Below are positions 10,701-23,071 of a DNA stretch of 47,481 bases, in pieces. A program made the position numbers and the translations under genes. This DNA comes from Caecitellus pseudoparvulus (taxonomy: Eukaryota; Protista; Bigyra: Bicosoecida): the NCBI GenBank assembly GCA_965644315.1, contig CBFFRQ010000010.1, positions 1-47,481 of the forward strand, given 5' to 3'. Under the pieces are notes generated by a model. The model worked only from the letters and a program-made list of their open reading frames with translations. It did not search any database and was not told where the DNA came from. How positions within the stretch are numbered: the first letter of the stretch is position 1; each line of letters begins with the position of its first letter.

Positions 10701-11785
10701 TCATGGACAGGCTCAAGGTGATGGTCGTCGTGCCATCAGTGACATCAATCGTAATGGTGAACGTGTCAGCAGTGGGCTCTGCATCCAGGGGCGCAGTGAG
10801 CTGCAGTCGGTTTGAAGTGCCAGTTGAGCTTTGCAACACCACCGGCGCTCCTCCTGTGCTTGTGATGGTCCAGGTCAAGGTGTCGCCATCCTCATCTGAT
10901 ACAAGCAAGTTGGGCCCGAAGGGAACTCCAGTTGCTTGGGTTTCATCCACACCGAAGGTTGTGGAGTCTGTCGTGTCGTCAACTGGAGGGTCGTTCACAT
11001 CTTGAACGTCAATGCGCAAGCAAACTGATCGGCGCTCGGGATTTGAGCTCCCATTCGTGTCATCGTCATCATCATGAGGCCGACGATAGTCTGTGTTGGC
11101 GTCTCCAGAGTTCGGATCGCACGTTCCATCTGAAGCAACAGATGCGTCAGAGTTCAGGTTTTTGTCTCGACAGGCCCGAATGAGCATGTACAGCGATCGG
11201 ACTCCCCCTCCCATGTCTTTTGCAGTCTCGTGGTTGAGAGGCATGTTGGAGGTGATGACGTAATTGTTGCCCCTTGATGATGAGTAGGTAACTCCAAGCA
11301 CACCACCATCGTTATCCCACTGCAGAGATGGGTCGGGGTCGTTGGCAATGTGACCGTAGTCGGTCTTCAGCCCGTAGTCGTCATCTGCAGCAGGGAGGAG
11401 CGAGAGCGCAGAGTCACAGAAGGTTCAAGCTGTTGCACAGAGTTTCCGAGGTGGACTCACTGTTATTGTGCCATGTCCTGGTGTAACCTCCCAAGTAAGT
11501 GCCTGAGCTACCATCATAGTCTTGGAACAAGTCCTTGATGAAGTTGTCGGCAAGGCTGGTGGCCCACGAGGCGTCGTTCTCGTTGACGCTGATGGTGTGC
11601 TCCAGACACAGGGACTGATACTCATCCCCACTCGTCGTCTCCTTCGTACAATGAGTTGCGGTGGCAGTGCCAGCCGTGCAGATGGTGTCCACGACAGCCG
11701 CGCCAGCGAGTTGGCAAGCGCTGAGCAGGCCAGCCAACACGGCCAGCGCCAGAGGACCGGCGCGCAACATGAAAACACTGTGCAT
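4732..11785 (-). CDS. Large secreted cadherin-repeat protein (~14 EC-like domains) with Cys-rich module and multi-pass TM domain
   Basis: Signal peptide (MLRAGPLALAVLAGLLSACQLAGA, ATG 11785 or 11770). Intron 11460-11385 (GTGAGT...CTGCAG) joins in frame to the 2189-aa ORF. Repeated DVNEAP/DINENP, LDHE/DYE, DXD and ATDNG cadherin motifs; CAPGHTGAACGTC module; many hydrophobic helices. Confidence 0.9.
6655..10679. repeat. Near-identical intragenic tandem repeat, 1845-bp period (615 aa, ~6 cadherin domains), ~2.2 copies
   Basis: CGTCAACACAGGCGCC recurs at 6661, 8506 and 10351. About four substitutions seen by eye (e.g. RTFDE/RTIDE, SRTDT/SRIDT). Confidence 0.97.
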
Positions 11786-14308
11786 GGGAGCGGCATTCAA
11801 GGTAATTTGAATGCCTACAAAGATAATGTCCCCACGCAATGCCGAGTGGCGCGAAGAGCGCACAGGCAATGCGCTGGGATGGTGTGGCGTTTCACCAGAG
11901 CACTTGCATGACGCCAGATTTCATGGCAGTGTGCCAACTACAGACCACCAATGGACACTGAACACTATGGAATCATTCAAGGTGTCAACATTTGCGGCTC
12001 ATGCACTCTCAATTTGCAATCGGCGCTTGGAACGCTGCCTCCCAAGGTGCGGGAAACAAGACGCACACGCCGTCGCCCCGCACGATGCGAAATTCGCCCA
12101 AAATGCCTCACGCACACTCAACACTACACTCCGTCAATCACTTGGTTTCAAACGCTGTGTAGCTTCTGCAAGCCTGGGGCCTTCTAGCGAAGTGCTTGAG
12201 GCAGCCCACGAAAGGTAGGATCGCTTTGCGACCAAAGGACAGGAACTCTCAACTGGCTTCAGCGGACGTGCACAAATAGCAACACCATTGGGATCATCTT
12301 CGGCTACTTTGCCCTTGAAGGAGGGTGTCGGTGTTATGTGAACTTGACCGACATTGTCTTCTCCAAGGCTTGATACACAAGCATTGGTCGTGGTATCGGA
12401 GGCTTGAAGACATAACGCAAGGCCACAACTCAAGCACATCAGAAAAGCGTACTGATCATGAATGTTGCAAGGATGTGTGCTTGCCTCAACAAGCGAGCGC
12501 TTTCTTCGAACGACCTCCGTCCGTCACACCTTGCGGAAGTTGAAATGGACCAGAAGCGTTTTGGCGCAAATGCTTGCCACACAACACCATCACACAAGGC
12601 TGGCGGCTGAACAAGTACAAAAAATCGTGCACCCCTTGAACATTTCAAGGTTGTTGTCATGCACCATAGATTTTGCTTGCACAAAGATCGATGGCTGGGT
12701 TGGCCACGTTGTGCAAGAAATTGTCAAAAGGGTCCACCTGCTCAGCTTCTTGAGAGGCTCGAAAGCACTCTTGCAGCACTGGAGCGCTCCCAAGCGCGTA
12801 CACCATGCCTCTCACTTAAAGGGTGTGCCTGTTCAACGAATAAGTCCGGCCCAGCAGCAATCAGCCTTGATGTGCGCGACGGAGCAAGTGGAGGATGTCT
12901 GCCCTCTCTGGTCGAGTGGCGGGCTCCGACTCGATTCAAAAATGCGGCCACAGGTGACATACACACCCAAGCCCTTCCTATGTCCGGCTCAGCACAAACG
13001 CTACTGAGGCTGCAATGTCTCCCGGTGTTGCAGAGTCCCAACTATGCCCGGGATTTGCGGGCGTTTCCGGCCAGAAAGCTCTCACAGGACACCCCAGCTG
13101 GAATGTTGCCTGTCACAGCAATGAACGGATAGAAGGAAGCATGTTGACTGAGGTAAAGCGTTTCTCATGGGGTGTTGATGGATGAAGTGTGAGAGAGCTT
13201 CTTCTGCTCGCAGGCCCCCTTGCATGTGTGGCGCGTCTCGTTGAACCTGCCAAGGGAAAGATGAGTCAAACACTTCAAAACGAACTCCAAGCTCTTGAAC
13301 AGAAGCCAACTTGAAGACTTCAAACTTGGTGAATAAACTTGCATGTGACTTTACACGTTGAATCAAGCAGACACACCCTCGCCCGCATCTCTTGTCCATC
13401 AAGACTCCCTACTGGCATACCTATGCTCACGGATTGTCACTATGCCTCTCAGAAGGTGTCCAGTAGGGTCTGGGGGCCACATCAGCCCATCCCTTTAGCG
13501 CAAAGGTGAGCGAAGTGGAGATCCTTCCGGGTCCTGTCTCAGCCATCTGACACAGCCAAGCCCTTATCTTCGCTCAGAATAGCGCGGGCTCGTGCAACCA
13601 TGGTGATTCTTCGAGCACCTCGTGTGTACGGATCGCTCATTTGAGTCGTGCGCAACTACTGCGCGATCACCGTTTCACACGCTCTCTCGGCCAAAGAGAA
13701 TCCACCCCGAAAGCTCTCGCCGCACAATCGGATTCCACACCCTTACCCGCGCCTGCCACAGCTCACACTTTCCACCTTTAGACATATACACTTCATTTGA
13801 TCGCTCTCATCGTGGCAGTCTCACAGGGCGCCATCTGCAGTGCCAGCTGCTGCGGTATTTGACACGAAACGCCGACCCTCAGCTTCTGCTGTCTATACCT
13901 CCAGCAGACCCATGCCTGTCAGCCTCCAAATGTACCAGTTTATTCGACCAACAAATACCATTTGGTATGTCGGTACTTTGTTGGAAAACCATCGTGGTGT
14001 TGCGAGATAGAAGTAAGTCTCGTAATCTGCCACTCCCGTAGATCCGTTTGTCTGGGCAAGTTCAGTAAAGATCCCTGTACTCAACAGTTTCTATGCCGCA
14101 CCACACCTTTACACGTTCCATCCGGATCCAAATTTTGGCTTGCCAGCACCCACACCCCCCTCAACTTCGCATAGTTGTGTTCATTTTTTCCACGTTCAGC
14201 AGCACCGCCAAGCTTGTCACCTGCTCAAGCGCTGCATCACTTTTCCACTTCAGGCGCCCTATTCCGTCCAGAGCGGCTCACTCTTGCGGGAGCCCCTAAT
14301 TGATCACG

Positions 14309-16059
14309 ATGTCTGCAGCTGGATCAACACACGGTACGCTCGCTCTGCCCCAGCTCTGCGTTCTGTTGTGCCTGCGTTCATGCGTGTATTTCGTTCGATT
14401 TCCGCACAGCGCCAGGCGCTCCTTCCGACTCTGCTGACGAGGTCCCAGAGGGATGGTGCGTTGATTGCAACGTAGTATACAATAACAGACACCCCATTGT
14501 CCACCCTCCTCTTTGCCCAACTTCACAGGACATTCGTGGAGCTGCAGCTGTTGCAGAAGCGGCAGCAGACGGCGGCTGCCAAGACTGGTCAGGGCAAGGT
14601 GCCCGAGTCTTTCTTGGTTGAGACGCAGTATGGCCGGGCCGTTCTGGAGGAGCTTCGGGAGCGGGTAGTGGATGGCGTGCCTGTCTTTGACATCAAGGCA
14701 GCGCTTCCATACGGGACTGGGTATCTCTCCCCAGACGCGATCTCCGGCACCCCCATCCGGTTCAAGGCAGGGGACCGCGTGACCACACCGTTTGGTCCTG
14801 GCGTCGTGACTGGCATGCTGTGCGTGGTCCTGGGCCGCACGACCTTGGCTTTCCCGCCCAACCTTCCTTCACACACCCCGCCTGCTCCTCCGCAGTCTCG
14901 ATCGCCAGCGCAAGATGTACGAGGTGGACCTCGTCGCCTGGAAGCTGTCTGACGGCTCCTTCCCTCATGCAACTTTGAACGTACGTGGCGACAGCACTGT
15001 CTTTCCCATGGCTACACTGCACTCGGTTCACCCGTTTTCCCACAGCACGCGGATGTGCGGCGTCGTTGGGAGCGGACTTTTGAGGAAATGGTGCGGTATG
15101 GCGGCGAGCTCAAGGCAGAGGGGAACGTGCACATGAAGGCGGGGGAGTGGGCCAAGGCCAGGGCCGCGTACATGCAGGCAGTGGAGATGGCCGACACGTG
15201 GCTGACAGCAAACAACCAGAGTCTGGAGCGCGTCGTGCCTTCCGAGTGGCCGGGCCTGTTTCACATGTTGGCGCTGTGCCGTTCCAACTGCGCCCAAGCA
15301 CTGCTGAAGCTGGAACCTGTGGATGGGGAAGCCGTCGTGGTGCAGGCCCAGACAGCCCGGGAGTTCATTGATCGGCGTGTGGTGCCGCACTTCAAGCAGG
15401 CACATGCAGACGCCAAGGCGGAGCTGGACGCTGCTCTTGCCGCAGCCAAGGAGGCCGGAGTGAGTGCTGCCTCTTCATCAGGGGATGCAGCAGCCCCCCA
15501 GCCTCTCCTTGAGGCTGTTCGAACTGCCAAGGCCAAGTGGGACGTTGCGAAAGACGAGTACGCCAAGGTGAAGCGCTTCGCCCAGCGGACTCTGTTTCGA
15601 TTGGGCCGGGGGCTCATCCTCATGCAAGAGTTCCAAGCCGCCTTGCGAGTGCTGACGCATGCAGACCTCGTGGGGGACCGTCAGGCGCTGGCTCTCGCAC
15701 ACTCTGCGAAGAAGCAGTTCGACGCACAGCAGAGCAAGTCGCGGGCGATGTGGAAGGGAGCTCTGCAGCGCATGAGTTCTGAGGATGGCGGTGAGGGAGC
15801 AGACCCAACACCCGCCGAGGAGACCAAGCCACAGCAGGCGCTGGCCAGCCCGGAGCCCAGTGCACAGACACAGCTCATGGCTGAGCACAGTGAAGAGGAG
15901 GAGGAAGAGGAGATCGAAGCTGGCACCTTCCTGGGCCTGTCTGCCAGCACTTGGGGCTACGTTGGCCTTGCTGCTGGGGCAGCTGCACTGGCCGGTGCGG
16001 CTGCTTACGGTGCTGGGGTGTTCCAGCGGGCGTCCAAGAAGCGCCGCGGGGACCTGTGA
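14309..16059 (+). CDS. TPR-domain protein with C-terminal TM anchor (5 exons)
   Basis: ATG 14309 and four GT-AG introns (14334-14409, ~14456-14528, 14820-14895, 14981-15045) splice in frame. TPR-like LKAEGNVHMKAGEWAKARAAY, SNCAQALLKL, LFRLGRG. Acidic stretch, then TM, then basic tail. Confidence 0.8.
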
Positions 16060-16704
16060 GGCGGTTTGGCGTACAGCATGGCACCGCAGACTCAATGTAT
16101 TCGACATCATTCTCACGCTCAAGCTGTCGCCATGTGGCTCGAATCGCATTCATGTTGCTGCATTTCAACAGTCAATCCTAGCCAGTCGCACCACAGGCTG
16201 CATTCTATCGACTCCTCGGCCCGCTCCCATTCCAGGCCTCTGCATTGGCTCGCTTTCCACGCAACTCTCATTTCTCGTCATATTCATCTGCAGACATCCA
16301 CACCACCTAACCTCCAACGCAATCCGACGAAGCTGCGAGGCAAGGCGCACTTTGGCCACTTCTCTTTGCCAGCTCTCTGACTCTCAAGCTGTTTACCAGA
16401 GGAGCCAAGCCGCAAACACCAGTGCGCCACCTTCGTCACCTCGCATTGGAAGGCAATGAGCGCAAGTCAACCACTTCAGCCGTTCACCTTCATCGCTCAC
16501 CAACTGACAACACTAGGCGCACATCAATCACTTCAGCCACCCGCTTGCATTGCCCAATAAGCTTCCAGCACTTGGTAAGCATCCCAACAACAGTCCCCTC
16601 CCTTCACAGCCCAGAAAATGATGACTCTTTGCGCGTTCCGCCAACTTCAGGAGGCCACCAAGTCTGTCCAGACAAAGTGGGTCACTTGATATGTGCTTCC
16701 CATT

Positions 16705-19700
16705 TCAGGTCGCCTCTACACAAGACTGCAGCCATTCCAGCACCGTCGCATGCCACTTGATGGAGTTGGTTGGTCGCAACACCCAATGGTTTTCCTTGGG
16801 AAACAACAGGAGCTTGGACTTGACGCCTGCGCGCTGCAAGGCAGTAAATGCGGCCAGGCCCTCCACGTCAGGTAGGCGGTAGTCCTTACTTCCGTGCACG
16901 AACAGAGTGGGAGTGCACCACTTGGCCACTTGGCTGCAAGGCGATGTGGCCTGGTACATGGCATCTGTACTGTCTGGGTCTCCCAGCTGAGGAAAGGCTG
17001 GATCTTGTTGCCTGGCGGCCTCGGCTTCGGCTTGTGGCGACCCCGCACAATGGGGCGCACCCCCAAACTCCCACTGAGGGAACCAGATCTCTTCCGTGCC
17101 AAAGTATGTCGCACGAGTGTCAAATATGCCGTCGTGGCAGAACAGGCCCTTGAACAGGCGGGTGTGTCCGTTGAGCCAGTTGATGCTGTAGCCGCCAAAC
17201 GACGCGCCAGCAGCCACCATGCGAGTGGGGTCGCCGCCGAACTTGCGGACGGCAGCTCGGAGGCCCAAGAGATTGTCCAGCTGTGGCGCCCCGCCCCAGT
17301 CTCCCGACACGGCGTCCATAAACGCTTGCCCGTACGACGCGGAGCCGTGGAAGTTCACTGCAACAGTCAGGAATCCTGCTGCAGCGTAGAATTGTGGGTG
17401 CCAGCGGTAGTGCCATGTGTCGCCCCACGCACCCTGTGGGCCCCCGTGGATGAGCAACAGCACTGGGAGTGTCCCTGTCCCTGCAGACGCACCCGGCGGC
17501 CGCAACACCCAGGCATGCACCGGCTCTCCGCTCTGCGACCCGGCCTTGTCCAGCGTCTGTTCTTCTTCAAACAGCGAGTCTTGCCAGACATTCACGTCTC
17601 CTTCCAGGGCAGGCTCTGGTCGCCAGTCCCCGTTGGCATCTCGCCGGCCATTCCCACTGCCGCCCACGAACCACAGCTCTTCAACTTCGCCCAGTTCCAG
17701 TTTCTCCGTGTGCTGCTGCGTCAGGAACGTCGCTCGATCGCAGAGGGGGACATCCAGTGAAGGCAGCGCGTGACCTGGAATGCCAAAGGGCCACTCTGCG
17801 CAGGGACTTGCCCCGGTGCCGTTGAAGCGTAGCGCAGTTTCCTGGCAAGCCGGCACACCGCCCGGCGCGAGGGCGGCCAGCACCTCTTGACTGAGCAGAG
17901 CAGCCCTTGAGATGGCAGAGTCAGACAAACTCCCTGCTTCTGGCAGGGTGGCGAACGGGTGCACGTCTGGAGGGCACGTGTCATCCGCTTCGGGGGGCAG
18001 CGTCAGCATGGCACTGTGAAGTTCATGCGCGCTGCACATGCTGCAGCCCAGGAATGCCAGGCGCAGAGTAACATCTGCCTTGACTAGATGAGTCACGGGT
18101 TGCTGCAGGGGGTTCTGCGGCGTTGGCTGGGCGGGTACTGCGCCCATCGCCTGCAGTGCCTCCACCTCGCCTGGTAGTGCGTCTCGCAGCGTGGCTGAGT
18201 GCACCGTGCTCGAGGCGCTGGTCGCACTGCAGGGCAGGCGCAGCCAGTGGTACGAAACCGACACGTCAGTGCCCGCCACACTGGCCAGGCGAATACCGAT
18301 TACACAGAGGCGCACCTTTGCATGGTGCATGGCAGTGGCCAGCAACCAGTGCGTGGCGGCAGTCTGCCCATCCGCTGTGTCGCAGGTGCAGGCGAGGGGT
18401 TGAAGGTCGGAGAAGGACACATCCACGTCCACACTGCGGTACAGCACTTGCTGGCTCTGTACATGGTACACTACGAGCCGCATGCAATCGCTCTCGAAAC
18501 CTGGCCGCTGCATGGCCGTCCACACGAGCAGGCTGGGCTCTGATGCGCTCCGCAGAGCTGCGCCGGCCAGCTCTTGCCCTGACACAGACGCTGCCGACCC
18601 TTGGCTGGCATCCACGGACTGAAGCAGGGATGCAGCAGGTACTGCAGCTGGCTCCGTCAGCCAGAGGGGGCTGGCATGGAATGAGAGGTGGCTTTGCGTC
18701 AGGTGCCTCCACCCATCCATGTGCAGATGAGTCACGTCAGTGACTTGCTCTGGCTCCAACGCCAGCGCAGCACCGGAGCGGGGTGGCACAGCCTGCCGAA
18801 GCACGTCTTGCAGCGGGATTTGGCACGTGTGCACGCCCGTGGCTGTTGTCGCCATCATGCCAAAGCCTGACGTGTATCCCTGGACACGAAACACCGCCGC
18901 CACGTTGAGGCAGGCAGCGCCATCCGCGCCCTGCACCCGGACACAGCTGGTGTCTGCTAGACTGTACCAGGTTTTGCCTGGGCAGTCACGCTGTGACAGG
19001 CCTGCCATGGTGTCCAGGCACGCGCCAAGGCGCCAGGGTTCGCCGATTCCACAGCGCACGAGCACCAGAACCATGAGGTGCGTGCGGGTGGCGTAGGCGT
19101 CTGTTGTGTCCCAGTGGCGCACTGGGAGAGTGTCCATCTCCACCCAGTCCTCCCCCTTGCCTGCAGCACTCTTCAAATCGCTGTGGAAACTCCCGGTCCT
19201 GGCGAGCAGGCCGGGGGATGTGGCAGCAGCCACCACGCCTTCCGCTGCGCCGGTGGCTGCGGGCGCAGGCGCTGCATCGCCCCCAGGCCGAGATGACACA
19301 CAGTGCCCGTGTTCACGAATATCCATGGCGGCAGTGAGCAGCTGCACTTCGGCGCCTGGCACGGCTCCAGCCAAGGACTGGGAGGGCACCCTGGCGATTT
19401 CCGCAGCTCCTCCGCAGCCTTTGGGGAACCTGGACACTTGCACCGGGGCACCACCTCCGCCGAGTGGCATGCACCATACTTGGCTCACACCCGTGCTGTC
19501 TGCCTCAAGGAAGAAACACGTGTCGCCGTCGTCGCTCCACACGGCGCCATGCGGCGAGCCAGTGTGTGTCAACAAGCGAGTGGTGGGCTTCACCTGGCTC
19601 ACATCAGTCAGCGCCAAGTGTGAGCTTGACACGCCTTCGGCGGGCTTGACGAACTTTACCCCATGGATGACCTGCTGCTTGTCGTTGATGGGCCCGGGGG

Positions 19701-19737
19701 ACACCCGCGGGGTGGAGAGCAGTTGCTCCGGTGTCAT
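16705..19737 (-). CDS. S9 family (prolyl oligopeptidase / dipeptidyl-peptidase 5-like) serine peptidase
   Basis: IHGGPQGAW, GASFGGY nucleophile elbow, HGSKDYR Asp, FPKENHWV His. Confidence 0.93.
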   Translation of the reverse strand: MTPEQLLSTPRVSPGPINDKQQVIHGVKFVKPAEGVSSSHLALTDVSQVKPTTRLLTHTGSPHGAVWSDDGDTCFFLEADSTGVSQVWCMPLGGGGAPVQVSRFPKGCGGAAEIARVPSQSLAGAVPGAEVQLLTAAMDIREHGHCVSSRPGGDAAPAPAATGAAEGVVAAATSPGLLARTGSFHSDLKSAAGKGEDWVEMDTLPVRHWDTTDAYATRTHLMVLVLVRCGIGEPWRLGACLDTMAGLSQRDCPGKTWYSLADTSCVRVQGADGAACLNVAAVFRVQGYTSGFGMMATTATGVHTCQIPLQDVLRQAVPPRSGAALALEPEQVTDVTHLHMDGWRHLTQSHLSFHASPLWLTEPAAVPAASLLQSVDASQGSAASVSGQELAGAALRSASEPSLLVWTAMQRPGFESDCMRLVVYHVQSQQVLYRSVDVDVSFSDLQPLACTCDTADGQTAATHWLLATAMHHAKVRLCVIGIRLASVAGTDVSVSYHWLRLPCSATSASSTVHSATLRDALPGEVEALQAMGAVPAQPTPQNPLQQPVTHLVKADVTLRLAFLGCSMCSAHELHSAMLTLPPEADDTCPPDVHPFATLPEAGSLSDSAISRAALLSQEVLAALAPGGVPACQETALRFNGTGASPCAEWPFGIPGHALPSLDVPLCDRATFLTQQHTEKLELGEVEELWFVGGSGNGRRDANGDWRPEPALEGDVNVWQDSLFEEEQTLDKAGSQSGEPVHAWVLRPPGASAGTGTLPVLLLIHGGPQGAWGDTWHYRWHPQFYAAAGFLTVAVNFHGSASYGQAFMDAVSGDWGGAPQLDNLLGLRAAVRKFGGDPTRMVAAGASFGGYSINWLNGHTRLFKGLFCHDGIFDTRATYFGTEEIWFPQWEFGGAPHCAGSPQAEAEAARQQDPAFPQLGDPDSTDAMYQATSPCSQVAKWCTPTLFVHGSKDYRLPDVEGLAAFTALQRAGVKSKLLLFPKENHWVLRPTNSIKWHATVLEWLQSCVEAT

Positions 19738-20116
19738 GCTTGACTTGCCTCAACCAAAGCCTGGCAGCAGTCACGCAAACCAAAGCTGTGGATCCGGGGA
19801 GTTGGGAAATGCAGAAGGGACTCTACCCAAGGTGTCGCACAAACTGGAACTCGCTGACCTTGTCCTGGAGTTTGTAGTTTTGACCCTTCCCACCAACTGC
19901 AACGCACCCACCAACCGTACCGAGCTTCAGCCAGGCCGCGGACCAATCCAGCCCATGTTCCCGGTTCCCCAATCGGTACACGAACTAGGTCTCCCACCTT
20001 ACCGTCCTGTCATACTGCTCGTCCGCCTGTGCAGCAGGTAGCACAGTGCCGCAAAACACAACTCCCATACACACCCCCTGCTCCGTCAGAGCTGACACCA
20101 ACCTGCGGAGCCCAGC

Positions 20117-21513
20117 ATGGCTGCAGCAGATCAAGACGCAGTGGGTGACGGGCCCACTGCCTCGTCCCCGGCAGCGGTCTTGGCGGAGGATCGCTCCCAC
20201 ATCACAGCCGCTGAAGTGCAGGCCAGCGCCACCCTCAGCGACCAAGATGCCGTAGACACGCCAGTGCAGCACACCGAGACTGAGGCGTTCTGCGGAAGGT
20301 GGTCATGTGGCACTTCATGTGCTCGGCGACTGCAAACTGCGGCGGTGCTGCTGCTGAACTGGCCAGCCAGCTTGCTGGCAGGTGTGTGGCTCCGCGTTTC
20401 GCGTTGAAACACCGTGCCGCCCATCACCTATTCACGCCTTTCTGCAGGCCTGGCAACCATGGGGCTGCTGCTGTATCTGGGCGGGTGGTTCCGCATTTTC
20501 ATCTGCGTTTACGTTGGCTGGATCGTGTTCGCTGACGACCAGCCGCACAAGGGCGATCGGGCGTGGTGTGTGAGCGCGGTCGCTGGGCGCAAAAATTCCG
20601 ACACGCCGGGCATCTCTGCGGCCCTGCACTTGCCCCCGCTGCAGGCCTGCACTGAAGCGATTCACGGCGCCCATGTATGCCTGGCTGCGGGATTTCTTCC
20701 CTGTGGAGCTCGTGAAGACGACGGAGCTGGACCCTTCGCGGCGATACGTGTTTGGGTATCACCCGCACGGCATCCTGTCTGTCGGCGCCTTCATCAACTT
20801 TGCGTCGGATGCGACGGGCTTCACGTCCCTCTTCCCTGGTGTGGACCTGCGCCTGCTCACACTGGCCGGGAACATGCTGGTGCCGTTCCACCGCGAGTGG
20901 GCCATGGCTCACGGCGCCGCAGTGGCTTCGCGCCAATGTTGCCTGTACAACCTGCGCAAAGGCCGCAGTGTGCTGCTGGTGCTGGGCGGCGCGCAGGAAT
21001 CCCTGGACGCCCAGGAAGGCACCATCAACTTGACATTGCTCAAGCGCAAGGGCTTTGTGCGCATTGCTCTCAGCACCGGCGCCAGCCTGGGTACGTGGGC
21101 ACAGGCCACGCCCTGCCCCCTGCATTGCTGCTCTACATGCCCCCCATTTCCTTCCTTTTGCAGTGCCGTGCTTGAGCTTTGGAGAGAACGACGTGCTGAC
21201 GCAGTGGGGCGAGGCGGGCTCCAGCCTGCGCGCCTGGCAGGAGTTTGCCAAGGCGTGGATGGGGTTCGCACCCCCCTGCCCCAAGGGACGAGGCATTTGG
21301 AACCTGGACGGCATGGATGTGGCTGTGGTACCACACCGCCGCCGCATCGTGACTGTGGTGGGGCGCCCTTTGCACGTGGAAGCCCCCAGCAGCACCCCCA
21401 CGGAAGAGCAGGTGACTGCCCTGCACACAGCTTACGTTGAGGAGCTGGCGAGGCTGTTCCACGAGTATGGCCCCAAGTACGCGCCAGGTGTGGAGTTGAA
21501 TTTCGTCGCGTGA
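20117..21513 (+). CDS. DGAT2: Diacylglycerol/monoacylglycerol acyltransferase, DGAT2 family (multi-exon)
   Basis: FFPVEL, FGYHPHGILSVGA, GGAQE, RKGFVRIAL, VPCLSFGEND, VVGRPL across exons. Confidence 0.9.
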
Positions 21514-21555
21514 AATGCACTGCCGCTGGTAGCCACTCAAGATCACCCGTGGTCA

Positions 21556-23071
21556 TCACTGCATGGAGCTCTGCGACACGCCCAGCGTCGTGGACCGGTC
21601 GCCAGCTGCCTGCCCCGGAAACTGGGCGGGGGACGCCACTTCGCCCGCACCTGCCTCCACCAGGTGTGAGCCCTGCAGCAGTACTTCACCAGAGGCTTGT
21701 GAAGGCAGCTGCAGTGTGTCGTCTGCAGCCGCTGCCGAGGGCGGCAGTGGAGCTTGTGAAGGCGGTGGGGCGGTGGTGGACGAGGCTGGAAGGGGGGTGG
21801 ATGAGGGGGCTGCCTGAGACGGCGTGCTGGCTGCCCTGGCATCGACTACAGGTTCCCGCGTGGCCAGGACGAGGTCTGCGTAATACGCCCGTGACCGCGT
21901 CTGGTCGGTGCTTAGTAGGGCTGGGTGCCCCGCCGCACTGCAGTACAGCGCCACCTCGTCGCACCGCACCACGCCAGACTCCGCAAACAGCAACAGGGCA
22001 CGCAGCGGCGCACTGCGCAAGATGAACGCGACACTGTCCACTGCTTCCTCCGGCGCGTCAGCCTGTCCTTCTGGTGCCAGGTTCATGAGGAACTTGTCAA
22101 ACTCTTGGGGCGGCAGGTGCAGCTGGGTGTTCACATGCAGTCGGTCAGAGGTCGTGCCTCCACTGCGCGCGGCAGACTCCTGCACTCCAAACTCGCTTTG
22201 AAGACGCATGCCATCGCTGGTCTGCAGTGCCAAGCTCAGGTCGGCTGCTGCCCCCACCAGCTCCACAGCTCGCAGTAGGCGCTGAGGCGCAATGGAGACC
22301 CTGTGCAGGGGGGCGTAGTTGGCATGCAAAGTCAGCTGTCCAACCCCAGTACGGATGCAGCGCTACACACATGTGGGGAGCTCGCTGCCTGTCGAATACG
22401 GCCTGAACGATTGTCGTCGACTCAAACGAGAAGGTGTGTGTCTTGATCAGTCCTGCGCTTGGTGAGCGGCGTGCACACCGCTGCTTCGCAGAGACACGAA
22501 CACACGTGCTGCAGACACGCACCAGAGTTAGCGTGGTTCTGGAACAGCAAGAAGTGGGTCGCTCCCATTTGTGTGGGCCGCATGACCAGGCGCTCGGCGG
22601 AGCGGATGCTGCGCAGCGCTTGCTGAATGCACTGTGCAGGGGAGCAAGTAAGGGCTGCAACACAAGGAACCCACGACATCCCACTGAGAATATCGTACGT
22701 ACTTTTGTCTCGATTCGGATTTGCAGGGGTCTGGACCCTTCAGGTGGCGCATATGAGGCAAAAAAGGCTGCGAGAGTTTCGGCGGCGTTTCAGAGTGAAA
22801 TAAGCTGATGAAGTGCCACGATTCTGCGACGCACCTGGTTCGAAGTAGAAAGCGATGAAGGCGCTTTGACTCTCATCCAGCGCACGCAGAATGATCTGGA
22901 CAGAAAAGAGCTTGATAGGCTCAAAAGGGCATAGCTGGTGCGCCTCAAACGCGCAGCACGCACGCCTGAAGCAGATGCTTCCCACTGCACTTTGCTGGGC
23001 TCGATGCGCGCCAGGCACTGGATTGCATTGGCGAACACGCGCAGGTTCTTGCTGGTGATTTCCGCGTGCAT
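21556..23071 (-). CDS. RAD9: Checkpoint clamp (9-1-1) subunit Rad9 (multi-exon)
   Basis: NLRVFANAIQCLARI, LRALDESQSAFIAFYF, GLIKTHTFSFE...QAVFD, LRALLLFAES...AGHPALL, ADLVLAT; disordered SQ-containing tail. Confidence 0.85.

Noticed and set aside
14304-14504. Minus ORF with SRVGRSAWR resembling helicase motif VI (telomere-linked helicase)
   Set aside because: It is antisense to exons 1-2 and introns of the TPR gene, which splice cleanly; no other helicase motifs.
14812-14825. Possible GC-AG intron donor in the TPR gene
   Set aside because: A canonical GTGCGT at 14820 gives the correct phase.
16460-16538. Imperfect 22-bp direct repeat (GCGCA..TCAA.CACTTCAGCC) 57 bp apart
   Set aside because: Only two degenerate copies in a eukaryotic intergenic region; not CRISPR-like, no function inferable.
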